A stretch of DNA of 64,000 nt from an uncultured Undibacterium sp. (GCA_963512475.1 CAUPNA010000004.1:2551-66550), one strand, 5' to 3'; counted from the first letter of the stretch, positions 24,696-35,136 are shown. Notes: generated from the sequence alone by a model not told the origin. Made by a program: numbers and translations.

Positions 24696-24865
24696 TTATC
24701 CACAAAAATTCCATAGAATATTTGCCTGTGGAAATTTCGTGCAATTGATAATAATTTGCAAATTGCATTGAAAATCAATGACTTAAGACTGCTAATTAAT
24801 TTGATTTATCTTGATGCGATCTCAAACTTCAAATTATTCAAATCTTACCCACAAAGTTATCCACA
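24696..24865. promoter_or_regulatory. Cluster of DnaA boxes flanking an AT-rich core
   Basis: TTATCCACA 24696-24704 and 24857-24865 (perfect), TTACCCACA 24845-24853, inverted TGTGGAAAT 24727-24735. Confidence 0.65.
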
Positions 24866-24979
24866 GTTTCTTCTAACGAAGCCGCAGCAAATTCGCGTAA
24901 ATTCTTTACAGATTCGCCTGCAAAATAGCTTGCCACCTGTCATTACAAAGAGATAGAAATGTCGCAAAAAAACACAAAA

Positions 24980-25057
24980 TGGGAACGTTTCCAAAAAAAT
25001 GTTGACATCAAATTTTGATGAATGCTATATTTCAAATCACAAATGGAAACGATTCCA
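24980..25057 (+). promoter_or_regulatory. TBDR promoter with two LacI-type operators
   Basis: Operator TGGGAACGTTTCCA 24980-24993; -35 TTGACA 25002-25007; extended -10 TGcTATATT 25023-25031; operator TGGAAACGATTCCA 25044-25057. Confidence 0.8.
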
Positions 25058-25364
25058 TAAAAGTGAAGAATTCAGCTAATTGACCTTGTTTGCTGAACCC
25101 GACGATAAACACTATGAGCGAGCTGCTTAAGTTGGTATCGAATAAAAATAACTTTTCGTGGATAAAGACCTTTGTAAGCACTGCCGGTTAAATCGCAAGC
25201 AAGATCAAGTAAGGACGGGATTTGACAAAGGTTGTAGCTGCAAGACAGTACTTAAATTTCGCAGAAATATGTAATATCGAGAAAAACGAACACCTGTAGT
25301 GACATGACTCTACGATCCACACAAAGATCCTAGAGATCGCAGAATATCAAAACAAGGAGACAAA

Positions 25365-28061
25365 ATGTTTCATCTGAAGACTAAACGCACTCTCATGAGC
25401 GTGGCAGTTGCCGGCGCATGCGGATTGATGACCATGCACGCGCAAGCGCAGCAGGCAGAGCCAGCGAAAACGACAGAGCCAGGCACCACCAAGAAGAGCA
25501 ATACTGAATCTGAAAAAATTCAAGAGGTTCAAGTAACGGCAACCCGTTATTCAACATCTCTTTTGAAAACACCATTAGCCGTCACTGCCTTCAATCAAGA
25601 AAGCTTGGCACGCATGGGTGTAACCAGCGCCAAGGATTTGGCCAACGAAATTCCTAACGTCACCATCGTTCAATCAAACGATTCCGCGATTCAGGTCACG
25701 ATCCGTGGTATTACATCTAGCAATACTACCGAGATCGGCGATCCAGCAGTCGGCTTCCACGTTGATGGTCTATATTCACCACGTCCACAAGGTGCACAAG
25801 CCTTGATGTTCGACGTGGCACAGGTAGAAGTGTTGCGCGGTCCGCAAGGCACTTTGTTTGGTCGTAATTCGACTGGTGGTACGATCAATGTGATCTCCGC
25901 AAAACCAGATTTCAGCGGCAACTACGGTAGCGCCGAAATTGAACTGGGCAATTACAACAAGCGTCAAGTACATGCAATACAAAACATCAAAGTCAATAAT
26001 GAGTTAGCTTTGCGCGCAGCGATCATGAAAGTGACGCGCGATGGTTATGCGAATCAAATGCAAGATTTCAGCGAAGCCAATTTGCCATCCAAAGGCTGGA
26101 TTCCTGACGGCATACCGGACAATATTCAACGTTGGAATCGTAAAGTAGATCCTAGCGATTACTACACAAATCAGAATGAATGGGCTGCTCGTTTGTCCGC
26201 TTTGTACAAAGTGAACAAAGACTGGAAACTCCATGCAACCTATGAAGAGTTTCAAGATTCAAGCGCTGGCGGCACTGCCTTCAAAGATTGCGATTCCACT
26301 AGAGGCACACGTTATGCTTGTCCAAGTGGTTGGGGACGATTTGATCTGAAAATCAACGTGCCAGGTGTGACGGACATGAAGATTCGTACTTTGCGCGCGG
26401 GTTCCAATTGGAACATCAGCAATGATGCTAGCTTGGACTATAACTTCGCTTTGGCCGATCAACGTCGTAGCCAATTGTATGACAATGACAAGGGTAACCA
26501 AACAGCCTTACCATTCCAGATCACGCAAGATCATCCACGCATCGCTGGTGGGAATAACTGGGGTACATGGCCATTAGCAGATCAGTATCAACAAACGGTC
26601 GATTCCAAGTATGTCTCCACGGTGCATGAGCTGCAGTTAAAGCAACGCTTAGGCGATCTGCAATATGTGGCAGGATTGTTCTGGATGCATGAGAAGAATC
26701 AAATCAACTATGAAGTTGTCGATCTGTATCGTGCTCCGGTCGGTCTGGCATCGGGTGCATTCTATGCACAACCGGATCGTCAAGTTGATGCGAAAGCGGT
26801 GTTTGCTCAAGCAGATTGGAAGTTCGCGCCAACTTGGACTGCGACCGCAGGTCTGCGTTATAGCGTGGATAAAAAGACCGACAAAGATGGTCTGAATCTC
26901 GGAGGTTGGTGGGGCCAAAAAGAATTTTACAACGGCGGCTATGATCCGGGCACACCAGGTACACCTGGTTATCGCCTGCCACAAGGCAATGATCTGAACT
27001 ATGGTCCGGGCGGTAGCGCCGCAGCTTATAAAGGCTACGGCACACCGAGCAAAAATGATCACAGCGATTCATGGCGCAAGATGACATGGCGTTTAGGTTT
27101 GCAAACGCAGATCAATGAAAACCAAATGGCTTACGCTGCTTTGGCGACGGGATATAAAGCCGGTGGTTTCGGTGACCGCACTTTAGCGTGCGGTGGTAGC
27201 GCAACTGATCCGGTGCAGCGTAAGTGCGCGGATGGTAAACCTAACACAGAAACCTTCCTGCCTTACAAACCAGAGTTGGTGACCAACTTTGAACTGGGCT
27301 ACAAAGGTAAATTCTTAGACAATCGCATGAGTGTTTCCGCGGTTGCGTTTGCGATGAACTATAAGGATCAGCAATTAACCAATACCTATTTTGTCAGCAA
27401 ATACATCACTCCTGTACCTTGTACTTCTGATCAACCAAAATGCGACGTTTATGAAACTTGGCGCACGATTAATGTAGGCAATACCAAGATTCGTGGTCTA
27501 GAAGTTGAGTGGGACTACAAGCCATGGCCAGGCGCTAAAGTGGGTGGTGCGTTTACGGTGTTAGATACCAAGATTCATGACTATGGTTCCTACAGTGATG
27601 ACTACAACTGTGACGCACGGGTTGAGTTTGGTGATACGCCTTGTCCAGCACCTTACGCTGGCTTAGGACCTGATAATGGTAAGCGTTTGTATGACGTCAC
27701 CAATAACAGTTTGCCAAATGCGCCGAAACGTACTTTCATGTTGCATTTCTCACAGAAATTTGACTTACCTAGCGGTTACAGCTTGACGCCATATATCAAG
27801 ATGAACTGGCGCGACAAGGCCTACTTTGACGTGCGCAATGATGAGTTCAAACACATCGGTCGCTATCAAAAAGCGTATGCGTTGGTCGATGCTTCGGTAC
27901 GTTTAGATGCACCAGAAGATCAATGGCATGCTGAGCTTTTTGTACGCAATGCCAGCGATAGTAAAGCGGTGTATTGGCGTGGGGCAGGTGTTGGTGCTCA
28001 GATGAATTCGGCACCGGTTGAACCGCGCATGTTTGGTATTCGTTTTGGTTTCAATTACTAA
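25365..28061 (+). CDS. TonB-dependent receptor (898 aa), probable oligosaccharide importer
   Basis: Signal peptide, EVQVTATR TonB box, IRGI, EVLRGPQGTLFGRNSTGG, C-terminal PRMFGIRFGFNY; operators shared with GH locus. Confidence 0.92.
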   Translation: MFHLKTKRTLMSVAVAGACGLMTMHAQAQQAEPAKTTEPGTTKKSNTESEKIQEVQVTATRYSTSLLKTPLAVTAFNQESLARMGVTSAKDLANEIPNVTIVQSNDSAIQVTIRGITSSNTTEIGDPAVGFHVDGLYSPRPQGAQALMFDVAQVEVLRGPQGTLFGRNSTGGTINVISAKPDFSGNYGSAEIELGNYNKRQVHAIQNIKVNNELALRAAIMKVTRDGYANQMQDFSEANLPSKGWIPDGIPDNIQRWNRKVDPSDYYTNQNEWAARLSALYKVNKDWKLHATYEEFQDSSAGGTAFKDCDSTRGTRYACPSGWGRFDLKINVPGVTDMKIRTLRAGSNWNISNDASLDYNFALADQRRSQLYDNDKGNQTALPFQITQDHPRIAGGNNWGTWPLADQYQQTVDSKYVSTVHELQLKQRLGDLQYVAGLFWMHEKNQINYEVVDLYRAPVGLASGAFYAQPDRQVDAKAVFAQADWKFAPTWTATAGLRYSVDKKTDKDGLNLGGWWGQKEFYNGGYDPGTPGTPGYRLPQGNDLNYGPGGSAAAYKGYGTPSKNDHSDSWRKMTWRLGLQTQINENQMAYAALATGYKAGGFGDRTLACGGSATDPVQRKCADGKPNTETFLPYKPELVTNFELGYKGKFLDNRMSVSAVAFAMNYKDQQLTNTYFVSKYITPVPCTSDQPKCDVYETWRTINVGNTKIRGLEVEWDYKPWPGAKVGGAFTVLDTKIHDYGSYSDDYNCDARVEFGDTPCPAPYAGLGPDNGKRLYDVTNNSLPNAPKRTFMLHFSQKFDLPSGYSLTPYIKMNWRDKAYFDVRNDEFKHIGRYQKAYALVDASVRLDAPEDQWHAELFVRNASDSKAVYWRGAGVGAQMNSAPVEPRMFGIRFGFNY

Positions 28062-28131
28062 TTGATAGTAGCGTGATCAATCTGTAAGCAACAATTTTCA
28101 TTGAGTACATCTGCATTCTTCGGAATGATTC

Positions 28132-28180
28132 GGTCTATGTCATGCGATCACTTTTAGGTTGCATCACATAGACCTTTTTT
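28132..28180 (+). terminator. Terminator-like hairpin after the TBDR
   Basis: ggtctatgt...acatagacc stem followed by tttttt. Confidence 0.65.
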
Positions 28181-28271
28181 ATTCAGAAGAACGCCTACAA
28201 AGATTGAAATAGTTGTGCCGTAAAAGAAGTTAATACGTAAAATGAATAACATCGACTCTCCGGGAATCGCT

Positions 28272-29816
28272 ATGAATGAAAACGGTAAAAATGAAAACCG
28301 CGCAAAAGAAAATCGCATCAAAGATGTCGTCATCGTTGGTGGGGGCACTGCTGGTTGGATGAGTGCAGCAGCTATAGCGCAGTTACTGCCGACTGGATAC
28401 AACTATCGTCTGGTCGAGTCCGATCAAATTTCCACCATAGGGGTAGGAGAGGCGACGATACCTAGCATACGCAATTTCAATATGCATCTAGGCATAGATG
28501 AAAATGATTTCATCCGAAATACGCAAGGTACTTTTAAGCTCGGTATTGAATTCGTTAACTGGGGCATTAATAACAGCAAATACTTTCATGGCTTCGGCTC
28601 GGTGGGACGCGATCAGCCTACCGCAAATTTTTATCATTACTGGCTCAAACTCAATCAGCTAGGCATGGTGGGTGGTCTTGAGCCTTACTCCATCAATACG
28701 GTTGCGAGCATGTTGGGGAAGTTCAGTGTTGGTCGTCCCGACTTGCCGAATTCGCCCCTTGCCGATTTGTCGTACGCCTATCATTTTGATGCGGGTCTTT
28801 ACGCTAAATATTTACGTGCCTATGCCGAACAACGTGGCGTCAAACGTACTGAAGGTCGCATCGTCCAAACACTGTTACGTGAGAGCGATGGATTTATCGA
28901 GGCTTTGGTCATGGAGAACGGTGAAAAAATCCATGGCGATTTCTTTATTGATTGCTCGGGCATGGTTGGTCTCTTGATCGAAAAAGCCTTGAATACCGGC
29001 TACGAAGATTGGTCGCATTGGTTGCCTTGTGATACCGCTATCGCCGTGCCATGTGAGCTGGCAGGCTCGGCACAAGCACATACGCGCTCCACCGCCCACA
29101 GCGCGGGTTGGCAGTGGCGCATTCCTTTGCAGCACCGCATCGGTAACGGACACGTCTTTTCTAGTAAGTTTATGGACCACGACACCGCGCAAGACATCCT
29201 GATGAATAATCTAGACGGGAAAGCGTTGGCAGAGCCGCGTCAGATAAAATTTATTACTGGCAAACGTAAAAAAGCCTGGAACAAAAATTGTATCGCGATT
29301 GGCTTGTCAGGCGGCTTCATGGAGCCACTCGAGTCGACAAGTATTCACATGGTCAAAACAGGTTTGATGCGTTTGATTACCTTCTTCCCAGATAAAGATT
29401 TTGATCAGGTCGATATTGATAATTACAATCGCTTGACTGACAAAGAGTACGCTCAGATACGCGACTTCCTGATTTTGCATTACAAAGTGAATCAACGTGA
29501 CGACGCAGAATTCTGGCGCTATTGCCGTGAGATGGAGGTACCAGAAAGTCTGCAAGTTAAACTTGACCTCTTCGCCAGCCATGGACGAATTTTGCGCGAG
29601 AACGAAGAACTATTTCCCGAAGACAGTTGGCTACAAGTCATGCACGGACAAGGCATGCGACCCCGTCGCTACAATCCAGTCGTTGATCAGCGCAGCAAAG
29701 AAGAAATTGCCGGATTCTTGCACAATACACAGGCCGTAATTCGTAAATGTGTGGATGCCATGCCCTCGCATTTGGACTACATTCGCACCAATTGCGCTGC
29801 AAGAAAAGGCGTCTAA
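28272..29816 (+). CDS. Tryptophan halogenase family FAD-dependent protein (copy 1)
   Basis: VGGGTAGW, GVGEATIP, TFKLGI (catalytic Lys position), WQWRIPLQHR, FMEPLEST; alternative start 28242. Confidence 0.92.
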   Translation: MNENGKNENRAKENRIKDVVIVGGGTAGWMSAAAIAQLLPTGYNYRLVESDQISTIGVGEATIPSIRNFNMHLGIDENDFIRNTQGTFKLGIEFVNWGINNSKYFHGFGSVGRDQPTANFYHYWLKLNQLGMVGGLEPYSINTVASMLGKFSVGRPDLPNSPLADLSYAYHFDAGLYAKYLRAYAEQRGVKRTEGRIVQTLLRESDGFIEALVMENGEKIHGDFFIDCSGMVGLLIEKALNTGYEDWSHWLPCDTAIAVPCELAGSAQAHTRSTAHSAGWQWRIPLQHRIGNGHVFSSKFMDHDTAQDILMNNLDGKALAEPRQIKFITGKRKKAWNKNCIAIGLSGGFMEPLESTSIHMVKTGLMRLITFFPDKDFDQVDIDNYNRLTDKEYAQIRDFLILHYKVNQRDDAEFWRYCREMEVPESLQVKLDLFASHGRILRENEELFPEDSWLQVMHGQGMRPRRYNPVVDQRSKEEIAGFLHNTQAVIRKCVDAMPSHLDYIRTNCAARKGV

Positions 29817-29877
29817 TTATTCTAAATGTTTTGTTTGTGACGGTAATCCCGTTCAGTTAAGATTATTTTCATGTTTT

Positions 29878-29980
29878 GCCATTCCCGCGAAGAACCTGCC
29901 CTCGACTGTTTGAGTCGGGGGCAGGAATACCTTGACATAAAAAATTGAAGACGCTGGATCTCTGCCTACGTAGGGATGAC
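29878..29980. repeat. Degenerate GTCATTCCCGCG...GGGAATGAC (dRS3-like) palindromic element
   Basis: gccattcccgcg...ctggatctctgcctacgtagggatgac with internal hairpin cctgccctcgac/gtcgggggcagg. Confidence 0.65.
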
Positions 29981-30031
29981 GCTAAATCGTGCTTCACGTT
30001 CGCCACCGGCTTTTCCTCAAATCAATAAAGC

Positions 30032-30097
30032 ATCGATTTTTTCGAGTAATGAGATTCAATTAATCGATTTGAATCTAACTGCACTCGTCCTTACACT
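30032..30097 (+). promoter_or_regulatory. LysR-activated promoter upstream of the hpf-like gene
   Basis: T-N11-A boxes TCGATTTTTTCGA 30033-30045 and TTCAATTAATCGA 30055-30067 abutting TTGAAT-17-TACACT (30069-30097). Confidence 0.65.
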
Positions 30098-30129
30098 AAC
30101 TCCACTACCTAAATAAATGGAGAAACGTA

Positions 30130-30495
30130 ATGAACATCGATATACAGGCACGAGGTTTTGAGTTGACCGAAGGGCTACGCGCACATACCTATCGCCGTCT
30201 CAAGTTTGCCACCGACTGGGCTATGGATGATGTGAAAACAATTAAAGTCCGCCTTTCGGATATAAACGGCCCGCGTGGTGGTGCGGACAAACATTGTTTA
30301 ATTCAAATTCCTATGGCGAAAAAACAGCAAATTGTGATTCATGACACCGAAGCTGATTTGTACATCGCGATTGATAAAGCGATCAAGCGAGCCGAGCAAT
30401 TACTCGCTAAACGCATAGGTCGTATCAAAGAACACCCCCACGTCAAAGTGCATCATTTGGCTTATGACGACGAAGAAGAATTGATTTCTAAGTAA
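30130..30495 (+). CDS. HPF/RaiA family ribosome-associated protein
   Basis: MNIDIQARGFELTEGLR, VRLSDINGPRGGADKHC, DLYIAID. Confidence 0.88.
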   Translation: MNIDIQARGFELTEGLRAHTYRRLKFATDWAMDDVKTIKVRLSDINGPRGGADKHCLIQIPMAKKQQIVIHDTEADLYIAIDKAIKRAEQLLAKRIGRIKEHPHVKVHHLAYDDEEELISK

Positions 30496-30560
30496 AGCTT
30501 AAAGTAGTACGAGCTAAGCTGCAGACAGAAAACTAGCATTTTATTGATGAAAGACATGTC

Positions 30561-31076
30561 ATGAGAACTTATCCTGTAAATAGCCCTGAAGCGATGGCGC
30601 GTATCGTCGCTTTATCAATGTTGGTCGATGGTGGTTTGGATCAATCAGAACTGGACGTCGTTAGTCGTTATGGCATCGTCGAACGATTAGGATTAAGTGA
30701 TGATGAATTCGAAAAGATAGTGCACCACCTTTGTGAGGACATGCTGCAGTGTGCTGATGGTGCTCATTTTGGACAAATAGAGATCGCCAATCCAGCCATA
30801 GACCGTATTCTCGCTGAAATTAAAGATCTGAAACTGCGTAAACAGCTATTACGCATTATGGTCGCCATCGTCGACGCAGACGATATGCTGAGCGATGGTG
30901 AAGCTGTATTGATAGAACGCGCATTGCAATGCTGGATGCTTGATTTGGTGTCGATTAGTGACACACTTCTTGATGGCAATGTAGCGAATGACGATAGTTC
31001 GCAATCATCTCAGCAAGCGCATTTCCGAGATTATACCTCGACGAAAAAAGCCTCTATACTTGAAACACATTATTAA
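30561..31076 (+). CDS. TerB-family protein
   Basis: MRTYPVNSPEAMARIVAL..LVDG.L...E; AIVDAD..LSDGE. Confidence 0.75.
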   Translation: MRTYPVNSPEAMARIVALSMLVDGGLDQSELDVVSRYGIVERLGLSDDEFEKIVHHLCEDMLQCADGAHFGQIEIANPAIDRILAEIKDLKLRKQLLRIMVAIVDADDMLSDGEAVLIERALQCWMLDLVSISDTLLDGNVANDDSSQSSQQAHFRDYTSTKKASILETHY

Positions 31077-31167
31077 ATCTATTGGTCATTTAATGTGAAA
31101 TTGCTCGATGAAGTCGGATGGTTAGCATGAGCTGTAAAATACAGTTGTTGAGAAGTGAAAAGTACGT

Positions 31168-31746
31168 ATGCCAAAAAAATTCTTAAGAAGAGTACTCCCA
31201 AGTCGGGAGACGATAGAACGCATTCCGATTAGCCGCCGTTTTACCAATCGGCTTAATCGACCGGGTCTATGGGATATTGCGCGGGAGCCTGTGGCCATAG
31301 GTTTGGCGATTGGTGTCTTGTGCGGTATGATTCCAGGGCCTTTGCAGATGATCGCGGCAGTGACTTTAGCCTGCTTGTTACGAGTGAATTTGCCTATGGC
31401 GCTAATTGGGACGTTTCTCACGAATCCTATTACGATCGTGCCTATCTATATGTTGGCCTATGGGATCGGACAGAGCCTCAGCGGCGCCGCTCATTGGCAT
31501 GAACTACCAGCGATGCCGGTGACAGATTGGACCCAGCTTGTTGATAGTCTACACGCATGGTCAGCCTGGATGGCTTCCCTTGGAACGCCATGGCTGTTGG
31601 GTATGCTGATTCTAGCGCTCTCTTTGGCGGTAATTAGCTATTGCTGGGTGCAGGTGATCTGGCGCGGTTGTCGCTTCTGGAGTTTGCACTGTTTGCGAGT
31701 GCAAAGGCGTAATCGAATAGAACATATAAACAAAGCAATCATGTAG
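31168..31746 (+). CDS. DUF2062 family membrane protein
   Basis: VAIGLAIGV..GMIP.P.Q, RVNLP.AL..TFLTNP.T..P.Y. Confidence 0.82.
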   Translation: MPKKFLRRVLPSRETIERIPISRRFTNRLNRPGLWDIAREPVAIGLAIGVLCGMIPGPLQMIAAVTLACLLRVNLPMALIGTFLTNPITIVPIYMLAYGIGQSLSGAAHWHELPAMPVTDWTQLVDSLHAWSAWMASLGTPWLLGMLILALSLAVISYCWVQVIWRGCRFWSLHCLRVQRRNRIEHINKAIM

Positions 31747-31815
31747 AATAAAAAAGTACATAGCGCATTTGCTAATCAGGTATGTAGCTAAAAATTATAG
31801 ATAAGGGACTCCAAT

Positions 31816-32715
31816 TTGCCAGCGTTGAATTTCAAGCACCTCCGATATTATTGGACGGTCGCCAAGACCGGTAGCATCGCTAAGGCCGCTGAAAAGTTGC
31901 ATTTGACTGCACATGCGGTCAGCGGTCAGATCAACGAGTTTGAGCAGAGTCTCGGTGTGGAGCTATTTAAAAAAAATGGGCGCAATATCGAGTTGACTGA
32001 CGCCGGTCGGCGTATTCTCATTTATGCCGACGATATTTTTAATTCGGGCGACCAGCTACTCGATGCCTTACGTGATCACTTACAAGCGCGTCGTCGCACA
32101 TTTCGTGTGGGTATCGCCGATACCGTCCCCAAGATTATTGCTTACCGCTTACTGCAGCCTGCGATCGAACTAGAAGAGCCAGTTCGATTAAACTGTCGCG
32201 AGGGGCGTCTTGATCTCCTGTTGGCTGAATTGGCCTTGCATCGATTGGATGTCATTATTGCCGATCGCCCGATGGGGAATCAGACCAGTATTCGTGCTTA
32301 CAATCATTTGCTTGGAAAATGTGGCTTAACCGTGTTTGGAACATCGACATTAGCAAAGAAATACAAGGGTAGTTTTCCAGCATGCCTGCAACATGCACCC
32401 TTCTTAATACCTGGTGAAGACGTTGCGGTGCAAGCCAAAATTTTACAGTGGATGGAAGAGTCGGAATTGCATCCTATCATCGTTGGTGAGTTTGACGATG
32501 GCGCATTAATGAAAGCCTTTGGTCGTGCTGGGGCAGGTTTTTTCTTAGCGCCGACCGCAATGAAGAAGGAAATCTGTTCACAACATAATGTCGTAGCAAT
32601 TGGCGATGTTCCGAACATTGTTGAAGAAATTTATGTGATTACAATTGACCGCCGTCTAAATGATCCCGCCATCCTCGCCATTAGTCAGGCAGCCAAGCGC
32701 GACATCTTTGCATAA
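31816..32715 (+). CDS. nhaR: NhaR-like LysR transcriptional activator
   Basis: LNFKHLRYYWTVAKTGSI, VPKIIAYRLL, LALHRLD, GEFDDGALMKAFG. Confidence 0.82.
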   Translation: MPALNFKHLRYYWTVAKTGSIAKAAEKLHLTAHAVSGQINEFEQSLGVELFKKNGRNIELTDAGRRILIYADDIFNSGDQLLDALRDHLQARRRTFRVGIADTVPKIIAYRLLQPAIELEEPVRLNCREGRLDLLLAELALHRLDVIIADRPMGNQTSIRAYNHLLGKCGLTVFGTSTLAKKYKGSFPACLQHAPFLIPGEDVAVQAKILQWMEESELHPIIVGEFDDGALMKAFGRAGAGFFLAPTAMKKEICSQHNVVAIGDVPNIVEEIYVITIDRRLNDPAILAISQAAKRDIFA

Positions 32716-32860
32716 GGCAAGACCTCGAAGTGACTCGGTTTGGGTTTCAATTCCTAGTGAGCGCCGAGGTATAGGGCGCGATGAACGTAAAGAATACAAA
32801 CCCGATGCTGTGACTCTATAGTTAATCGAGGCCTGTGCTTCAAGCACACTGCACAAAACG

Positions 32861-32899
32861 CCCTTCTCCCGCAAGCGGGAGAAGGGTTGGGGATGAGGG
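32861..32899. repeat. CCCTCTCCC-type REP
   Basis: cccttctcccgcaagcgggagaagggttggggatgaggg; near-identical to 60058-60093. Confidence 0.85.
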
Positions 32900-33004
32900 T
32901 GGTTCAGGCGCGATCATACTATTTCGCCAGCCAAGCAGTCAGCCATTTTTGAGCAGATATCTAAATTTACTCAACTTAAATAAAACGAACTCGTAGCGAC
33001 CAAT

Positions 33005-34042
33005 TTACTGCGCCACCATCTCCACCCGACGATTACGCACACGTCCCGCTTCCTCCGTATTACTCGCCACTGGTGCCAGATTGGCGTTACCTTTGGCAAT
33101 TAAACGATTGGTGGCTATCTTATACGGAGCAGCGCTTAAAGCCTCGACTACTGCCTGTGCTCGTTGTAAAGACAGCGTCATATTGCTATCAAAATTGCCG
33201 ACATTATCGGTGTGGCCGACGATAAAGAATTTTTGCTGGGTTTGCGTTTGCATTAGTTTTGCCATTTCATCTAACTGAGCCTTTGAATCTGGCTTGATTT
33301 GCGCTTTGCCCGTATCAAAATACAGCCCGTACAAAGCGATCTTGCCCTCAGATTGCAAAGCCGCTTTGATCGCATTGGCGTCCACGCTGACCTGTCCGGT
33401 CTGCATCGCTTTGGGTTCTATGATTTGAATAAATGTCGCGGTCAATCCGGTCACGTTGTAGGCTGCCACCGAGGTGAACAGTAAGACATACACTTCTTGT
33501 CCGGCATTTTTTAGCGTGCCAACCATCATCAAACTCTTATCCGAACTCAAGGCTGAATAATGACTATAGCGACTGCCGTCCGGTGTATAAATACTGCCAT
33601 TCGCCCATTGCAAACCGTCGGTTGGCTTACTCAATTTGCCCCACGCAGAATACAGATTGGAACATTGGCTTTCACAACTAAATCGGGTTTTCAAACCAGC
33701 CGATTTCAAAGCCTGTTCATAATTACGAAATACTTCTAAAGGCACTTTTCCACGTGGCGCCAGATAAATCAAGCGTGTAATTTTGCCTTCAAGGGTGATG
33801 CTGTCTTTGATTTTTTGATCCTTATCCAATTGCGCACTGACCGGTAGCGTCGCCGCATTCCATTCGTCCTGTAGATAACCCGTTAACCACGATCCAGTAA
33901 AGCGTTTGATCAAAGGATGGTCTTGCGCTTTAGGAACATCAATACCCCATTCTTTGGCTTCATCGGCATGGCTGATGGTGGTGCTGAGGCTGAGTACCAA
34001 AAGTAATGAGCTGCTGAGTGCGGTGACGATAGATTTTTTCAA
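33005..34042 (-). CDS. DUF4892 + OmpA C-terminal domain protein
   Basis: DHPLIKRF.GS, LEGKITR..Y; OmpA motifs FDTGKA, VGHTDNVG, LSLQRAQAV, NRRVE; TTG 34042 after AAGGAAG. Confidence 0.85.
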   Translation of the reverse strand: MKKSIVTALSSSLLLVLSLSTTISHADEAKEWGIDVPKAQDHPLIKRFTGSWLTGYLQDEWNAATLPVSAQLDKDQKIKDSITLEGKITRLIYLAPRGKVPLEVFRNYEQALKSAGLKTRFSCESQCSNLYSAWGKLSKPTDGLQWANGSIYTPDGSRYSHYSALSSDKSLMMVGTLKNAGQEVYVLLFTSVAAYNVTGLTATFIQIIEPKAMQTGQVSVDANAIKAALQSEGKIALYGLYFDTGKAQIKPDSKAQLDEMAKLMQTQTQQKFFIVGHTDNVGNFDSNMTLSLQRAQAVVEALSAAPYKIATNRLIAKGNANLAPVASNTEEAGRVRNRRVEMVAQ

Positions 34043-34317
34043 AGTGACTTCCTTGGTTTGGATTTTGGCTAGGATAAGGGAGGAGGTGACTATTTTCTTT
34101 TCAATCATACTGTTAAAAAATAAATAATGTTGAGTATTCTTGAATGTGTTGATGAATGCAATTCAACATGTAGCTAGCCATGTTTTAGTTGACGCAGAAG
34201 ATATCATGATAAAATAAAATGCTTTACTATCACTGCAGCAAAATCTGACACGACGCTGTAGCCGACCCCCGCATAGTCCTTTTTGCGCACCAATTACATC
34301 TCTATCTTAAAACGCGA

Positions 34318-34905
34318 ATGAACCAACTACTCCAACAGCTCAATTTTTTACGCGAGATTGATCGCCTAAAATCCGTCATTCGACAATCACCCTTGCTAGA
34401 TCAAAGCCGCAAAGAAAACAGCGCAGAGCATTCCTGGCATCTGGCGATGTATGCCTTGCTTTTGCGTGATCATGCTGTGGGTGTAATTGATGTTGAACGT
34501 GTCGTTAAGATGTTGCTCATCCATGACATCGTTGAAGTGGATGTGGGTGACATACCTATCCATAGTGGTGCTTCATCGCAAGATCAAGCTCTCCTTGAGA
34601 CCCAAGCCGCGGCGCGACTGTTTGGCCTGCTGCCCGAACCACAAAACAGCGAACTACTCGCGCTCTGGCATGAGTTTGAAGACGCGATGACCGAGGACGC
34701 TAAGTTCGCCAAAGCACTTGATCGGGTGCAGCCTTTGCTGGTGAATGTCCATACTGGTGGCGGTACTTGGACTGAAAATGGTGTGAGTTTAGAGCAAGTT
34801 CTGCAGCGCTACGGCCCAGTCATCGCGCGCGGTTCGCCAGCGCTGTGGCAAGTTTGTGAGCAATTGGCGAGAGAGCATTTTGCCGCTCAAACGCCTGCGA
34901 TCTAA
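34318..34905 (+). CDS. HD domain-containing hydrolase (YfbR/HDDC2-like)
   Basis: ENSAEHSWH, LLIHDIVE, AKALDR. Confidence 0.88.
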   Translation: MNQLLQQLNFLREIDRLKSVIRQSPLLDQSRKENSAEHSWHLAMYALLLRDHAVGVIDVERVVKMLLIHDIVEVDVGDIPIHSGASSQDQALLETQAAARLFGLLPEPQNSELLALWHEFEDAMTEDAKFAKALDRVQPLLVNVHTGGGTWTENGVSLEQVLQRYGPVIARGSPALWQVCEQLAREHFAAQTPAI

Positions 34906-35136
34906 GGAATACTGAATTAAGCTTAGTGCTTGAAATAAGACTTGAGTATTTGATCGCGATTGCCTGGTGTGGGCTGTGCATGGGGCTTTGTATTCCGCGC
35001 ATGTGAATGCTGAGCGGTCTGAGCAAGGAGAAAAACTTGTTTGATTTTTCTTCTTTAAGTTTTGAAAATCGGGAAGCACCATATCAAACCGTGATGCTTA
35101 CTTAGAAAACACTCCAATAAACGAGGTCTTGCCTAT

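Noticed and set aside
24756-24956. 66-aa ORF in the ppk2-TBDR spacer
   Set aside because: It is the translation of the DnaA-box cluster (YPQSYPQ); no RBS or protein-like features
28272-29816. Pyrrolnitrin/rebeccamycin-type biosynthetic cluster
   Set aside because: No prnB/C/D, rebO/D, flavin reductase or NRPS/PKS near either halogenase
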